A stretch of 63,533 nt of DNA, counting the filler, from Atractiella rhizophila (Eukaryota): assembly GCA_021432655.1 (NCBI GenBank). It is 28 parts of 28 records of this genome, joined end to end, with 100 filler letters (N's around TTAATTAATTAA, not from the genome) between each part and the next. Parts side by side here need not be neighbours in the genome. Positions count along the whole stretch, not along the records: positions 1 to 2,238 come from MU272730.1; positions 2,339 to 4,565 come from MU272731.1; positions 4,666 to 6,892 come from MU272732.1; positions 6,993 to 9,214 come from MU272733.1; positions 9,315 to 11,528 come from MU272734.1; positions 11,629 to 13,842 come from MU272735.1; 22 more parts are not named here. One strand, written 5' to 3'. The notes beneath the pieces are model-generated. The model had not been told where the DNA came from, searched no databases, and saw only the letters and a program-made list of their open reading frames with translations. Both the position numbers and the translations under genes were made by a program. Shown in pieces: positions 1 through 11,835 of the stretch (positions are counted from its first letter, which is position 1; the number at the start of each line of letters is the position of its first letter).

Positions 1-2162
1 CGGGGAGACGTAGGAGAGGAGAGCTCGTCGGATTTGGCATCGTCAAAGTCTTTGATATCTTCAAGCTTTTCCGACATGATCCAAACAGGAGCGAAGGAAA
101 TAGCGAGAGCCAAGGCACCAATGAATCATCTGGCTCTTTTAACTCGCATTAATGATTGCGGGACGATAGCGCCTTATCGCGACAACCTTGGTGTGAATGG
201 CAAGTCACCAGAAGACCTTTCAAATTCCACAAGTGCGATAACATTTTCGTCCATGACGAGACGCGCAGCGGCATGTGCACCAAGCTCTGATAAATCGTTT
301 AGCAGGCTTCTGACGGCTCAGTACGCTCAGTAACCAGCAATTTGGTATACAGGGGACAACGTCCAACATTCAATATTGAGTTCCCTTAGAATTTGACACT
401 GAGTCATTACAATAAGCTCTTATTGATGCATATTGATGGGGACAAGAACGGAAGGCATTGCTCAACCGTCAGGATATGATATATGTGATTTAGTAGGCTG
501 GGCGTGTCAGAGGGTAGAGCCTTTCTGCACAGAACATCGGTTGACGGTCCGTTTTCTCTCTTTTGTAATTGTCGGATTGTTTTGGTGTGATTCAAGTGAA
601 GTTTCGCTGAAATATCTACACTCGGGCAGAGCACCCAAGTCCGTGAGCTCCGAAGTCAATGACTACATGGTCCTTCTTATCAAGCTCAATTCACGTTTTA
701 GAGTGGAGTTTGGTAATGAAGTTTTATCAGCCTGCAGGTGATGGCTTTCAATCCTGCGCTGGGCAGGATTCAAGTCATTGCTTCAAGATGACGTTGATCG
801 CCCCATGTTTTGTGTCGTGGTCACGTGACGTTTTCAAGTTCCACAGACATAGTGTGCCAAAGTTTCCATCATTTTGAGGCTTGTTAACGCGCGAATTTTG
901 TGTCAAAAGCCCCGGTTACGACATTGATAATAAGGTAGAGCTCCGAACAATTACGCATGTGCCAATTATAATCTTCTGGCGACTAGTAAGCAAGACATTG
1001 TGTTGCCTGCCCACCACGGGGTGATGTCGGTTGGATCCTGTAGTTGAGAGCCTGCCCATCGTACCGCAGCGTAATTCCCTGCACGTAACTTCCAGCCGTA
1101 TTGGTGACGGTGAGGTTCTCGGTTGTCGCCTCCTAATCGCCAGCAGACGGCTGTGTAGTTTTGGTCTAGCAAGCTATGCAAAGCGTCCACTTCTTTCGTT
1201 GTGTAAAATTCAGGAAATGCAGCGGCCAATGCAATTCTGCGGACTTGTTTTGCTCCAAACGTCTTCAAACCGGTCTGCTCTAGGACAGAATGATCAAAGT
1301 TTGAACGGTACCAAAGAACCTAAATACGGGTGGATTGCATTCGCTTTTATCGAACTAAAGACTATCCTTGAAATCGAAGGTATCAGCTTTTGACTTGTAC
1401 ATTGGAATATACCTTACGGTGTATTGATGCCGCTTGCTTGAAGTCACAAGGATATTATTGAAGCTAGCTTTTCAGAGGTCTTTGTAAGGCATTCGATCTA
1501 ACGCTTTAAGTACAATAGAGTGCATTTTGTCAGTCGTAATGCATGAGAAATTGATGCACAACCAGCAAGTGCATCTTTCAGATGCCATCATGACTCACCC
1601 TCAACCAACCACTCAAAATCCGCCCTGTTTTTCAAAACGATTCCAAAGAAGCTCATTTTCGAAGTAAATTGTACCTTGACAAACGCTGTGCTTGCTGTTG
1701 GTTGGTTGCGATTGTTCATCAATTGTGATTACTCAATAATATTGCTCTCCCAGATTGTCATCCAAACTGCATGGATACAATTTGACTGATCCACACCTTT
1801 TTCTTCAACCCCAGCGGCCCAGCCTGGGAAATAGTATGATGTTTTTCTGTACAATTGTTCGTTCTACAAAACTTCAACTCTGAGGGCATCACAATAGTGT
1901 GCTACTTACTGTGAAGCTGACTACGAGGCCTTTCAGGCCCGTAGACAGGCTCAACTCCTTCTCGGAAACCGAATTTGTTTCCAGTGGCAGGATTCCTTTG
2001 GGCCTGTGCCTCCCATTTGTTGGTAAGGTTGGTCTCAATCTGCTGATCAATCTGATCAATGTTGGATCTAGGAACGTTTGAAGCCGTCCAAGGGTAGAGT
2101 CTGGCATCTTCTTCTTCATAATGGGGGTGCAAGTTGGGGTCGTGCAATCTGCCGTCTCCCAA
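1..2162 (-). pseudogene. Decayed spliced gene of unknown family
   Basis: Long protein-like frames broken by isolated stops, e.g. Y*AY*AVRSLLNDLSELGAHAAARLVMDENVIALVEFE...SR*GAIVPQSLMRVKRAR*FIGALALAISF. GTAAGT and GTGAGT donors are present. Confidence 0.5.
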
Positions 2163-2238
2163 TCTAATTAGTGGCTTTCGAGCGACCCTAAGTTGTCGTC
2201 GGATTAAATACTGAAACCCGTGAATGTGCGTACCATCT
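244..2238 (-). repeat. Near-identical reverse-complement copy of 11836..13842
   Basis: The ORF translations mirror those of contig 6. Differences seen are a few SNPs and one 12-bp indel (ATATCCTATGAG at 12308..12319, absent here). Confidence 0.97.
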
Positions 2239-2338
2239 NNNNNNNNNNNNNNNNNNNNNNNNNNNNNNNNNNNNNNNNNNNNTTAATTAATTAANNNNNN
2301 NNNNNNNNNNNNNNNNNNNNNNNNNNNNNNNNNNNNNN
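2239..2338. other. Artificial contig-joining spacer (first of 27 identical 100-bp linkers)
   Basis: N44 + TTAATTAATTAA + N44. Others start at 4566, 6893, 9215, 11529, 13843, 16156, 18458, 20757, 23047, 25333, 27614, 29893, 32172, 34442, 36710, 38978, 41227, 43475, 45716, 47954, 50185, 52416, 54646, 56872, 59094 and 61315. Contig lengths never increase along the window. Confidence 0.99.
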
Positions 2339-2675
2339 GATCCACAAACTGGTGCAAACGACCAGCCCTCGTTCGACTGGCTCGTATTTGCTAGTTTCCA
2401 ATCCCTCAGAAATGGAGCCATGTACTCGATCTAGAGAAATGTGTATCAATATTGTAACTGATAATGGAGGGGTACCTACGAAAGGAGCATAATGGTCGAA
2501 GTTTTTGTGGTCGGAAAGGGTTGGAGGGAGCTCCGGTGTCGGCATAGAAGATATCGAAGGATTAGGTAGCATGTTCAAAAACTTTTCTGCATCGATGTAG
2601 ACAAAGCGTCCTGCCATCTCTTCAGCTGCACGATGTTTTGCTTCATCCGGCACTTCAGGCTGGGAAGCTTGGCTG
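2339..2675 (-). CDS. Gene fragment, possibly the N-terminal region of a FunK1-type fungal kinase
   Basis: Exon after a GTGAGT...CAG intron reads AAEEMAGRFVYIDAEKFLNMLP...YAPF. The family call rests on weak recalled similarity. Truncated by the spacer. Confidence 0.25.
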
Positions 2676-2739
2676 AGAAAACTGGTGCGGCTCGTGGTAT
2701 GATTGCAGAAGAAACTCACCTAGGATCCTCCCTATCACA

Positions 2740-3170
2740 TTGCTCCATGCCCTGTGGAATTATCAGAGACAACAAGAGCCGTCTGCCCCAGATGCAGTCT
2801 CTCGAAAACTGGTATAAACTTTTCTCCACCTGGAACAAAATCACCTTCAAAGCTCACAGATGTACAGACCTGCAAGCATACCTGCTCAATAAGCTTCTCA
2901 GCATCCCAATAGCCTTCATGGGGCCTCCCATATTCCAGGTACCCTCCTGCATCCTCCAGCCAACCATAAGTTGAACAGATAGGCCATGAATTCCACTTCC
3001 TGCTCCTTCCTTCCGAAGCTTTGACTGACCATCCAGTACAATGGATGGTGCTGACCATTATTGGCAGTGAAGGTGGACTCATCATGGAAAACAGCAATAA
3101 CTTTGGTGATATCAGAAGGGAGGCCTTTAATGATCTCTTTCTCAATAGCATCAATGTCGTATCGATGCAT
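2740..3170 (-). mobile_element. Tc1/IS630-like DDE transposase remnant (frameshifted)
   Basis: VIAVFHDESTFTAN in one frame, then GYWDAEKLIEQV...FERLH...VVSDNSTGHG in another. These match the HDESTF, GYW and DN-S-x-H motifs of fungal IS630/Tc1-like transposases. Confidence 0.75.
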
Positions 3171-3519
3171 GGGAGGGAGAAAGCTTTCCCATGTTGAAAT
3201 GATAATGTTCTGACGGTAATCAACAACAGTGCTCCCACCATTACAATATAACGTTAAGGTCTGTAATGTTAGGGGTTGTAGTATAAAGATCTAACATTAT
3301 ATTTGTAATGTTCAGACACGGGATTATCACAAATGCTCAGTAATTTAAATGACATTACATTATAAGCCCTATAATGATCATAATGTGGTAAAGAAAGAAT
3401 GAGCCAGAATGAAGGGGAAAAACCATAAAGACCATCTATTTCATGTTTATTCACCACCCTTTCAGAACTTGCACTCCCTGTATCATCCAAGCCTTTGTGG
3501 TCATCAGCTCTGCAAGTGT

Positions 3520-4400
3520 CTTTGCAGTCATAGAAGCTCTTTTTTCAGTATTGATCCACTAGCCCATGAAAAGAGCCTTTCAACACCAGCGTTGGAAGCT
3601 GGTATAGCCAGGAAGTTCTGTGCCATGATGGTGCAAGGCGGATAGAGCGATTAGTTCATCTAATAGAGCCCTACTCAGTGTTTTCCTCCAGGAATAACGG
3701 CAAACTACACACCTTCCAATAATTTAAGTCAGTTTGCCCTTCACCAAGCTGTACCGTTAAGTTGAATCTGTCATACTCATGTAGACCAACAGTTACCCCA
3801 TCTTCACATTCTGATAAATCCTCCAATGCAGTACTGTTGCTGGCTTTGGTGGTGGCATTCTGCTTCTGATTTGCCGAAGTCGGTAGACTGGCAGTTAGAC
3901 TCACAACCCTGATATATTCTTGCTTGACCTTTCCTTCTGCGAGCTTGTAGCTGACCATTCTAAGCTTGTTGAAGCACTTTAGTTGGTAGCATGGTAAAAG
4001 AGCTGTGGTGCCATGAGCAAGTGGGTTCACTATGATCAAATAAACAGACAGACGGGTTGCCATGAATAGCACTTCTTAGTCTTCATCGGATCATAGTAGG
4101 CACTGAATTCCGTAAGGCCCATAGTGACAGCGTGCTTCACAGTTACCTTTGTAGGATCTTGGACAATCTTCACCAAAGATTTTTGAAGGCGATAAAGTGT
4201 TGATAACACATCTCCACGATGCGATGACAAAGCATACAGGATCATCATTGTATCCTTGTATGGCTCCAGAAGTGGGTGTCTGAAGAGCAGCTTTATGTAT
4301 AGAAGGGAATTGAATAACATACTTTAAAAAGATCGGCAATAATATTCACTTGTTTCCACTCCGGTTCACTAAGAGTATAAACACCGAATGTAGTGCAGTA
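3520..4400 (-). mobile_element. hAT transposase remnant with C-terminal dimerization domain
   Basis: Minus strand 3644..3567 reads YPPCTIMAQNFLAIPASNAGVERLFS, a hAT dimerization motif, preceded by DLNYWK. Upstream LLEPYKDT and GLTEFSAYYD blocks fit the hAT core. Frameshifted. Confidence 0.8.
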
Positions 4401-4444
4401 TTTTACACAGAACCTCTGCAGTGCCTATTGTTGCCAGCAATCTA

Positions 4445-4565
4445 TTCCTCTAAGATTCATCAGTTCTTGGCGTGAGTCATAAAACGCACTTTTGAGCCCT
4501 CATACCTCCCTCACCAGGCACATTGAAATGAAATGAAGTACACCATCTTACTGCATATGTTTGCG
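4445..4565 (-). repeat. Dispersed repeat copy 1 (non-coding, upstream of the hAT remnant)
   Basis: The reverse complement contains GATGGTGTACTTCATTTCATTTCAATGTGCC...GCTCAAAAGTGCGTTTTATGACTCA, shared with 36940..37136 and 40897..41096. Confidence 0.9.
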
Positions 4566-4665
4566 NNNNNNNNNNNNNNNNNNNNNNNNNNNNNNNNNNN
4601 NNNNNNNNNTTAATTAATTAANNNNNNNNNNNNNNNNNNNNNNNNNNNNNNNNNNNNNNNNNNNN

Positions 4666-5617
4666 ACAGGTCGTACCTCCTTGTGAAGGGTGGAATAAAC
4701 TTGAAAGTTCTTCCAGTTGCTCCGGTCAGATAGAAAGACAATCCTCTGCTCCTCTGTTTTGGAAGGCAGCCAAAGAGGCTGATCAATCACTTCTCCTCCC
4801 TTCATCTCTCCTGCTATCTTCACCGGGTTCGATTTCCAAAATCTCTGATCCTTTTTGTCGGTGATAGAGGGTTCTACCTCCCCAATCCACAGCTCTGTCG
4901 CCTCGAAAGGCATATCGGGAAAGTTCCAGGTCAGAAACGATACGTATTTGCCGTTCGGGGACCAGCGCGGGGCAGAATAAAAATCATTCCCTCCCGCTAT
5001 CTGCGTCGATGTTCCCTGGAGCGTATTGATGACAATGAGACTGTTCACGACTGTAGACGGTGTATCGACTGTGTGATCCTCCAGGATAGAAAGGATGAGT
5101 TCAGGATGGTGAGGATGAATGGAGAAGTCGGCGTAGCGATATGCTGAGGATTCTGTAGTGAGTGTGAGACGGGTTGTGGATGTGCAGAAACGAATGGGAT
5201 GAGACCAGGAGTGACCCTCACTGCATTTCCCCAATTCGACTCCTTCCTGTCCATAATCCAAACTGCGAAGTTTTTGGAATGGGCATAAACGATTCTGTCG
5301 CCTTTAACCTCCCAAGCACCACCTCCGTCTACGCGCTCTCAAAGTTAGTGCGACTCCAACTGTAAAGTGTTGAAGGTGAACGCACATTCATGCACCTTCG
5401 ATCCCACTGTCACATCCTTACCAACAATATCACTTTTCACTCCATGTTCAAATTGACAAATGACGCTTCTTCCCTCATCCGCTCGTGATTCAAGCAGGTA
5501 TATCCCACCGTGCGAGTCGACTTGCAATCCAGGCCCAGAGGAGGAACCAGATTTGATGACAACCTCCGGAGTGATGGGAGAGACCCAGGAGCCATATGGA
5601 GCTTCGATTTTCGACAT
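4666..5617 (-). CDS. S9 family (prolyl oligopeptidase/dipeptidyl peptidase-like) peptidase, 5' part
   Basis: N-terminal APYGSWVSPIT, ESRADEGR, YRYADF and DFYSAPRWSPNGKYVSFLTWNFPDMPF are typical of the S9C beta-propeller region. The catalytic domain lies beyond the contig end. Confidence 0.9.
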
Positions 5618-7599
5618 TTAGAATCGAGCAGGGAGTGGAAAAGGCAGAGACAATCGTAACCTTTCTCCTTTGGTCCTTTTTATAAACAGCCTGCACAGCG
5701 GGGTCCGGTCAGATAGACTCGACACGACTCGGACAAGCCGACTCACAACATGGCGCAAAGCTGGCGAATTCTCTCGTTGATGAGGAGACGCGACAAAATC
5801 TAAGAGGGGAAGAGCGCAGATTTCTACACTTCTTCAGGTGGAGCCTCCTCAATTTTATTTTTCAAGGTTCGCAAAAATACCGCGCAACCTCTCTCGCGAA
5901 ACAACCTCCAGATTCGGGCAGATAAACAAATATTGATGGATTGTGTCCTCAGCGACTTCGAGTAGCAACTGACTGAGCGTTGAGGGGCTGACAGTCCAGA
6001 TCTTTATTTCTTCCCCATCGCTTACAATTGGACCTCTGCAGCCATACCTCCTGGAAGTAAGCTGGAAAAGAAAAGAAATTGAACACACAACCGTCAACCA
6101 TAGATGGAGGCTGTGGGAATTTCGCAGGTAGATAAAATAAAGCGAATAGAAGAGTCTGTTTGTATCCTTATTAATAATTCAATACCTGTTGCTTTAGGAA
6201 TTCGACTGGCGAAATGGTGAGTTGACAATGAAGGTATTCTCCAAGAGAAATGTGCCGAAAATCACATTAATTTGCTTTCGCCAGATATTTATGCATCACC
6301 TTGAACTGATCATTAAACTCAGATTTTTTTTAGGATTGTGCTGCATGTTATGGTGTAAATCTACAACCACATATGTCTCTTCCTAAAATAAAAGGATGCT
6401 CCTTATCGTTCCTATGGAGGGCATGGCACAGGCTCGACAGACGTTGCAGCAGCACTGCTTAGGAATCAAATAAATTAATCCAGTAAGAGAAGTATATACA
6501 GAGATGGCAGCTCTCACCAGGACTATTCAGTTGAACAATAATGGTCTCGCGTTGAACTCAAAGGTAATTATGAGAGACGTGAAAACGTCCGAAAGAAGTA
6601 ATTACCGCCAGACAAACCCAAGCCCTAACACTCAGAAGCTCCTTTACAGACGACAAGGGCGCCAGCAAAACAACAGAGGCGCTGCATTTTCTCTTTCATC
6701 AGTATTATCGTTGCTCAACATTTCGTATTTCATTGCAATCGGCACATCCTAGAAGGATCACTCAAATCACGCCTGCCAGCGAAACGATCTTTTCCAACCA
6801 CTCCAGTCGACCGACCGTCCATTAGACTAACTTATTAGAATGAGTGATTGGCAAGGCCTTAATTTCCCTCAAGAGACTAGCAAGGAGAGGGCNNNNNNNN
6901 NNNNNNNNNNNNNNNNNNNNNNNNNNNNNNNNNNNNTTAATTAATTAANNNNNNNNNNNNNNNNNNNNNNNNNNNNNNNNNNNNNNNNNNNNGAGAGACA
7001 ATAGTAGAACTGGCTTACCCCTCCAAAAAAATATTCCACCACCTTCGTATGTAACTCTCCTGTGCGATGTCCTCTTCCATTAAAGAAGTTTGAAGCGTCT
7101 CCTCCTTTTCATCAATGACAATGGTAGGATCCGAGAGTACGTTAGCCTGTCGAGTAAGAGGTAGCGGAAGGGGAAAGTGTTTCTGAAGGGAATAAATTTT
7201 GGTGTGATGCTTTCGACGAGCAGTTGCAATCCTCCTCCAAATACTTCAGCTTCAGCACGGTTGACGTGTAACGGTCTGCTTACAATGGTGCAGATAAATA
7301 TGAGCTCCTCCGTGCAATTATGGAGAGGAAAGACATCCAAGCAGGTGCCAAAATGTGCCGGTCGACAGTTATACGTGCACCAATAACTTTTCTTTGGCTT
7401 GACGGTCGGAAATGTAACTCTTATGCGGTACCGACACATAAATGCACATTGATGTATGACAGTGAAGTAAATTCAGATCAGATAGACAATCTACATTTGT
7501 GGGAGAATTCAAATTTGATATCCGAGGGACAAAATCCTCCCATGCACTCTTACAAATTATAGTACTCAGCGTGAAAACTTGAAGGTTGAAACCGGTCGA

Positions 7600-8325
7600 T
7601 TAATCGTCATCGTCATCGTCGATAAAAGCCGTCTTCGCTGCTCCTTTCCTATTCCCCAGACCATAACAACATTAGCTACACCTTCTATTTACACATAATA
7701 AAGGAAGAGCAAGAAGCATAATCATGGACTGAGGAAGAAATCAAAGAGAAGTTCAGATTTAAACATACACACGCCGATTGCCGCCCGTAAGTGTCGGCGC
7801 GGCTTTCTTCACCACCTTTTTCGCTGGCGGTGCCTTCTTCTCTTCCAGATCCACAACGGACCCTAAATCGACAGGTAAACTCAGTATTCGTGAGCGGATG
7901 AGAGGGTGGAGGGGAGGTGTACGCACCATCGTGTGGAGACTTCCGTTTCGTTCCGCTTGTCGTCGTACTACTGCTCGCTATTGGCGCGACCAAGGATGTT
8001 GGGACAGCAGCAGGAGCGGGAGGTAGGATGGATGGAGGGATTTGATTTCGGGTTTGCGTAGGGAGGGAGGAAGTGGAAAACGGGACGGGGAGAGGGACGT
8101 CAGAGTCGGATTGAAGGATGGACATTATCTGGTTCGCTTTGACTTGGAGTGATGTGGCTCGCATACATGCCTGATTATTGAGGGCCATCAGGTTTGTGGG
8201 AAGGAGGCGGGGAGTGGAGGGAGGAAGAAAATTGTACCATGCTCAGCACTTCGGGAATCGAGAGTGGTGGTGTTGAACAACGGGTCAGGTCGAGGAGGAC
8301 AGCTTTGCCTTGGGGATCGAGCATT
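7600..8325 (-). CDS. Hypothetical spliced protein with Pro/Ser-rich middle and basic-then-acidic C-terminus
   Basis: Manually joined exons MLDPQGKAVLL... / ACMRATSLQVKANQIMSILQ... / EKKAPPAKKVVKK / KTAFIDDDDDD*. The true start is uncertain. Confidence 0.45.
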
Positions 8326-9702
8326 ATCTACACACCAAAGCAGGATCAGAATCGAGAGGATAGAAAATTCTTTAAGTTCACATCGACTATCAAAGGTGCA
8401 GGTGCACCCCAAGTGTAACAACCACTGATGTCGAGTGTAATATGTCAATGATCTACAATATACACTCAAAAGTTGTAACTGTTAAACATTTAAACAAGTG
8501 TTTTGGGCCATGGACTCAAGTAAAAGAACCTTTTATCGCTTTTAAAATTGACGGCGCAAAGACCAAAAAGGTTTCAACCATATAGGGTCTGAGCATTTCT
8601 CGCTAGCCAAGAGAACATCGTCAAGGACTCTTTCACGTAACTTGTGCCTTCTGAGACTACCCAGGAGCAAAGAGAGCCCAATGGAGGCTTTGCATCCTCT
8701 CCAACATGCTACTCAATTCATTGTTTTATTTTTGCAGTCGTAATACTTAGAATTGAGACGCAAACAGATTTGGAACGCTCCACTTCTCTCCATACCAAGC
8801 AAAGCATAGTCTGACAGGTGCGATGAACAAGGCCAGTCATAAGAAACAAATTGTTTCCGGGCTATACTCTCAATGCTTCAACTCGCAGCGCCTCAAGAAA
8901 ATAAGAACGAATGGACAGCAGAATGAAAACGATCAGAATCGAACAGAGAATCAAACTGACGGACGGATCCTCATCACTCCCTTGAGAGTATCCAACCAAC
9001 TCCACGCTCTCAGCGGCTAGAACGCCTTTCAACCACCCGAGTCTCTCCTCGTCGTTATCTCCAATAGACCGTAGATTACTTCGCCTGCCGGACGCGTTGA
9101 GGGAGATGGAAAACCAGTTTGGGGTGTCAGACTCGGAGGCAGAGAAGGTGAGGACGTTGAGGGTGTCTGTAGAGGGGAGGCTGAGTAGGAAGAAGGGGGG
9201 AGTGGACGTGGAAANNNNNNNNNNNNNNNNNNNNNNNNNNNNNNNNNNNNNNNNNNNNTTAATTAATTAANNNNNNNNNNNNNNNNNNNNNNNNNNNNNN
9301 NNNNNNNNNNNNNNAGGGCAGTCCAAAATTTGGTATGATTCCTCCTGTCTATGGCACTCTGGTTGACAAGCCCATTTAGATGAGATCTATGCCCTCTCTG
9401 AGCACAACAAGGAGAGTCTGATACAAATTCGCTCGGTCGTGCAGAAGCATTTTGACAGATGTGGACGAAGATTTGTGGACATGGGTGCACTATTCAGTTT
9501 TATGAAGATTTCTTGATATCTCCCATTGCATTTGTTGGCTGTACTTCGCTTTTCTCTCGGTTGGACTTCGCATATACTGCTTGCTTGCCGTAGCAATGTA
9601 ACAATGTATTGATCTCTTTCACGACACTTCAGCTGTGAGTGGACCAAACATAAGCATCTTTGATATTGTCCCCACAGTTTTAAATATGGTGATTGTTTAC
9701 AG

Positions 9703-11528
9703 TCACAATAAAGTGATGCCTTTTTGAGAGTCGCCCTGTGCAACAGCCCTGGAACCAAACTCGAAAGGGTCTCCCTGTCCCATGTAGCGCATTAGGGAAG
9801 TGCTATCATGGTGAAAAAAGAACTCACTTCGTATGCCACAAAATCACTTTTCGTTCCAACCTTGAAATCGTTTGTCTCTATTCCGAGAATCGACTCGATA
9901 CCTCCAGCGATCCAGCCCAAACCCGTCGTTTTGGACACGCGTCCTTTGGAAGTGCGTTGAGCAATTGCTGCTTCCCACAGTAAGGTGACTGGTTGCGACT
10001 CTTCGACTACTCCTAGAGCGACGGAGACATTGTGGGTGGTGAGATAAACCGGGAGCGAGACTGGTGAGAGAGGAGGACCGTCGATGGTACGGCGGGTATC
10101 CCATTCGCCTATGGATAGATTAGCATGGTGGCTCCTAAGCTCAGCTCATTCGATCACATACCGGGGAACGTTCTGGCACGTGGTAGGAAAACACTAATGC
10201 CCTCTTCCGCCAGATATTGCTGAGGACAATGATGAGCTCTGTCACAGGGAGATGGGAAAGCACCTCACAGCAACCAGATCAGCTTCGGAAGCGCCACTAA
10301 ATATCCACCTCCCTTTTTTGCCCGTCTCTTCCTCAACCTCCCTCTTAAGAGCGATCAATGAAGCCATCATATCTGCCTTCTCCACAGAGATAACGAGGGG
10401 GAGCTGGCCATTAGCAGCCAGATGGAAATAGTTGGTATGATGGGATGAGCTGGAGAATCCCCATTTACCGCCGATGAGGAGTTCTCGCAGCGTCCCGATT
10501 TGTGTTGAAATGCTAGGTCCAGATCCCCAGCCATGTCCAATATTGACGTGAAGGGCTGCGATCTCCTTGATGATGGCGCCCCTCTCCAACGCTATCACGA
10601 AATCGTCAGGTTTGTCTTCGAAAATCTGTTGACGTACCGTGCTTGGCGTTCGTCTTAAACAGAACAGAGAGACCGTGGAAAAAGCCGCTGCCCTGAGGAG
10701 CTGTGAGGGCCCTTGAAACGCCAGCCTGTTACGACACTCAGCTAAGGTGCCATCAAAGGAACGAAGCTGCGAGACCTTATAAGTGTAGTGAAGCTGTTTG
10801 CCTTTGCGGTCGTCAATATTGCTAAGGTGGTGAGAGCTGTGTAATGCGTACCTCCAAACGAAAGTCCGTCTACAGCTCTTACCGGAATTTGGTCTCCAAA
10901 CAGCTCCTTAAGTTCAGAAGCCTGAGTCGATGCTTTCAGCCTATTTACCAACCGTGAGTAACCTGATGATAGACCTGCTAGCACCTACTTATCGTAGACG
11001 CTGCCATCTTGCGTCGACTAGATACATCTGTCAACTCCTACAACCAAGCGAAGAGGAGTAGTAGGCTTACAGACTCCTGCGCAATCTCAACCAAACCCAA
11101 ACCTGGTCCATAAGCCGTGATTGGAGGCATCAAGACACCCCCTTTAAGGTCAACAACGCGAAGTCCTTCAACTTCTTTCACGTTCAGCTGCGACCCAACG
11201 CTCTGCACCCTTCCATCCCGGATGACAACGTTCAACGGACCATCAAGTCTCTGAGCAGACTCAGTAAAGGATTTGAGTTCGCCGCTTTCGCGGTAGTAGA
11301 TTTCGTTGACATTGGTAAAGGCCACATTTTGAAGAGGATCTGAAACCGTCTCGACGTGAGCGTCGAATGATTCAGGATAGGAACCCGAGGGAGGGGCGGT
11401 CGCGCTTCCTTGGAAAGACCTGGCGGGGTAAGGATTCTCGAGTTGTGGGATACCGTCGATGTACACTTGAGTCGGAGTAGCTCCAAGTGACAGTGGATGA
11501 CTGTCCCACATCACCACATCTATAATCC
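9703..11528 (-). CDS. Fungal amidohydrolase-family (metallo-dependent hydrolase composite domain) protein, 3' part
   Basis: DVVMWDSHPLSLGATPTQVYIDGIPQL, VVDLKGGVLMP, RAVDGLSFGG, LPLVISVEKADMMASLI, and terminal SDFVAYE/GDPFEFGSR...LL* with stop at 9703..9705. Confidence 0.88.
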
Positions 11529-11835
11529 NNNNNNNNNNNNNNNNNNNNNNNNNNNNNNNNNNNNNNNNNNNNTTAATTAATTAANNNNNNNNNNNNNNNN
11601 NNNNNNNNNNNNNNNNNNNNNNNNNNNNAGGCAAAAGCCTTGCCTCTGAATGTTTATGGTAACAAAGCTCCTTTGATTAGCGAAGTAGCCGGAATAAAAG
11701 GATGTTCAGGCAGGGACTGAAGTCATCTGTGAGCTAAGACATCACCACGCCGTGGCTGATCGAACGACTCTGTGAATCAGTATGCCCTTCATAGACTTGC
11801 ACCCGTTGTACGCAGACAAAATCACGAAGTCTAAG

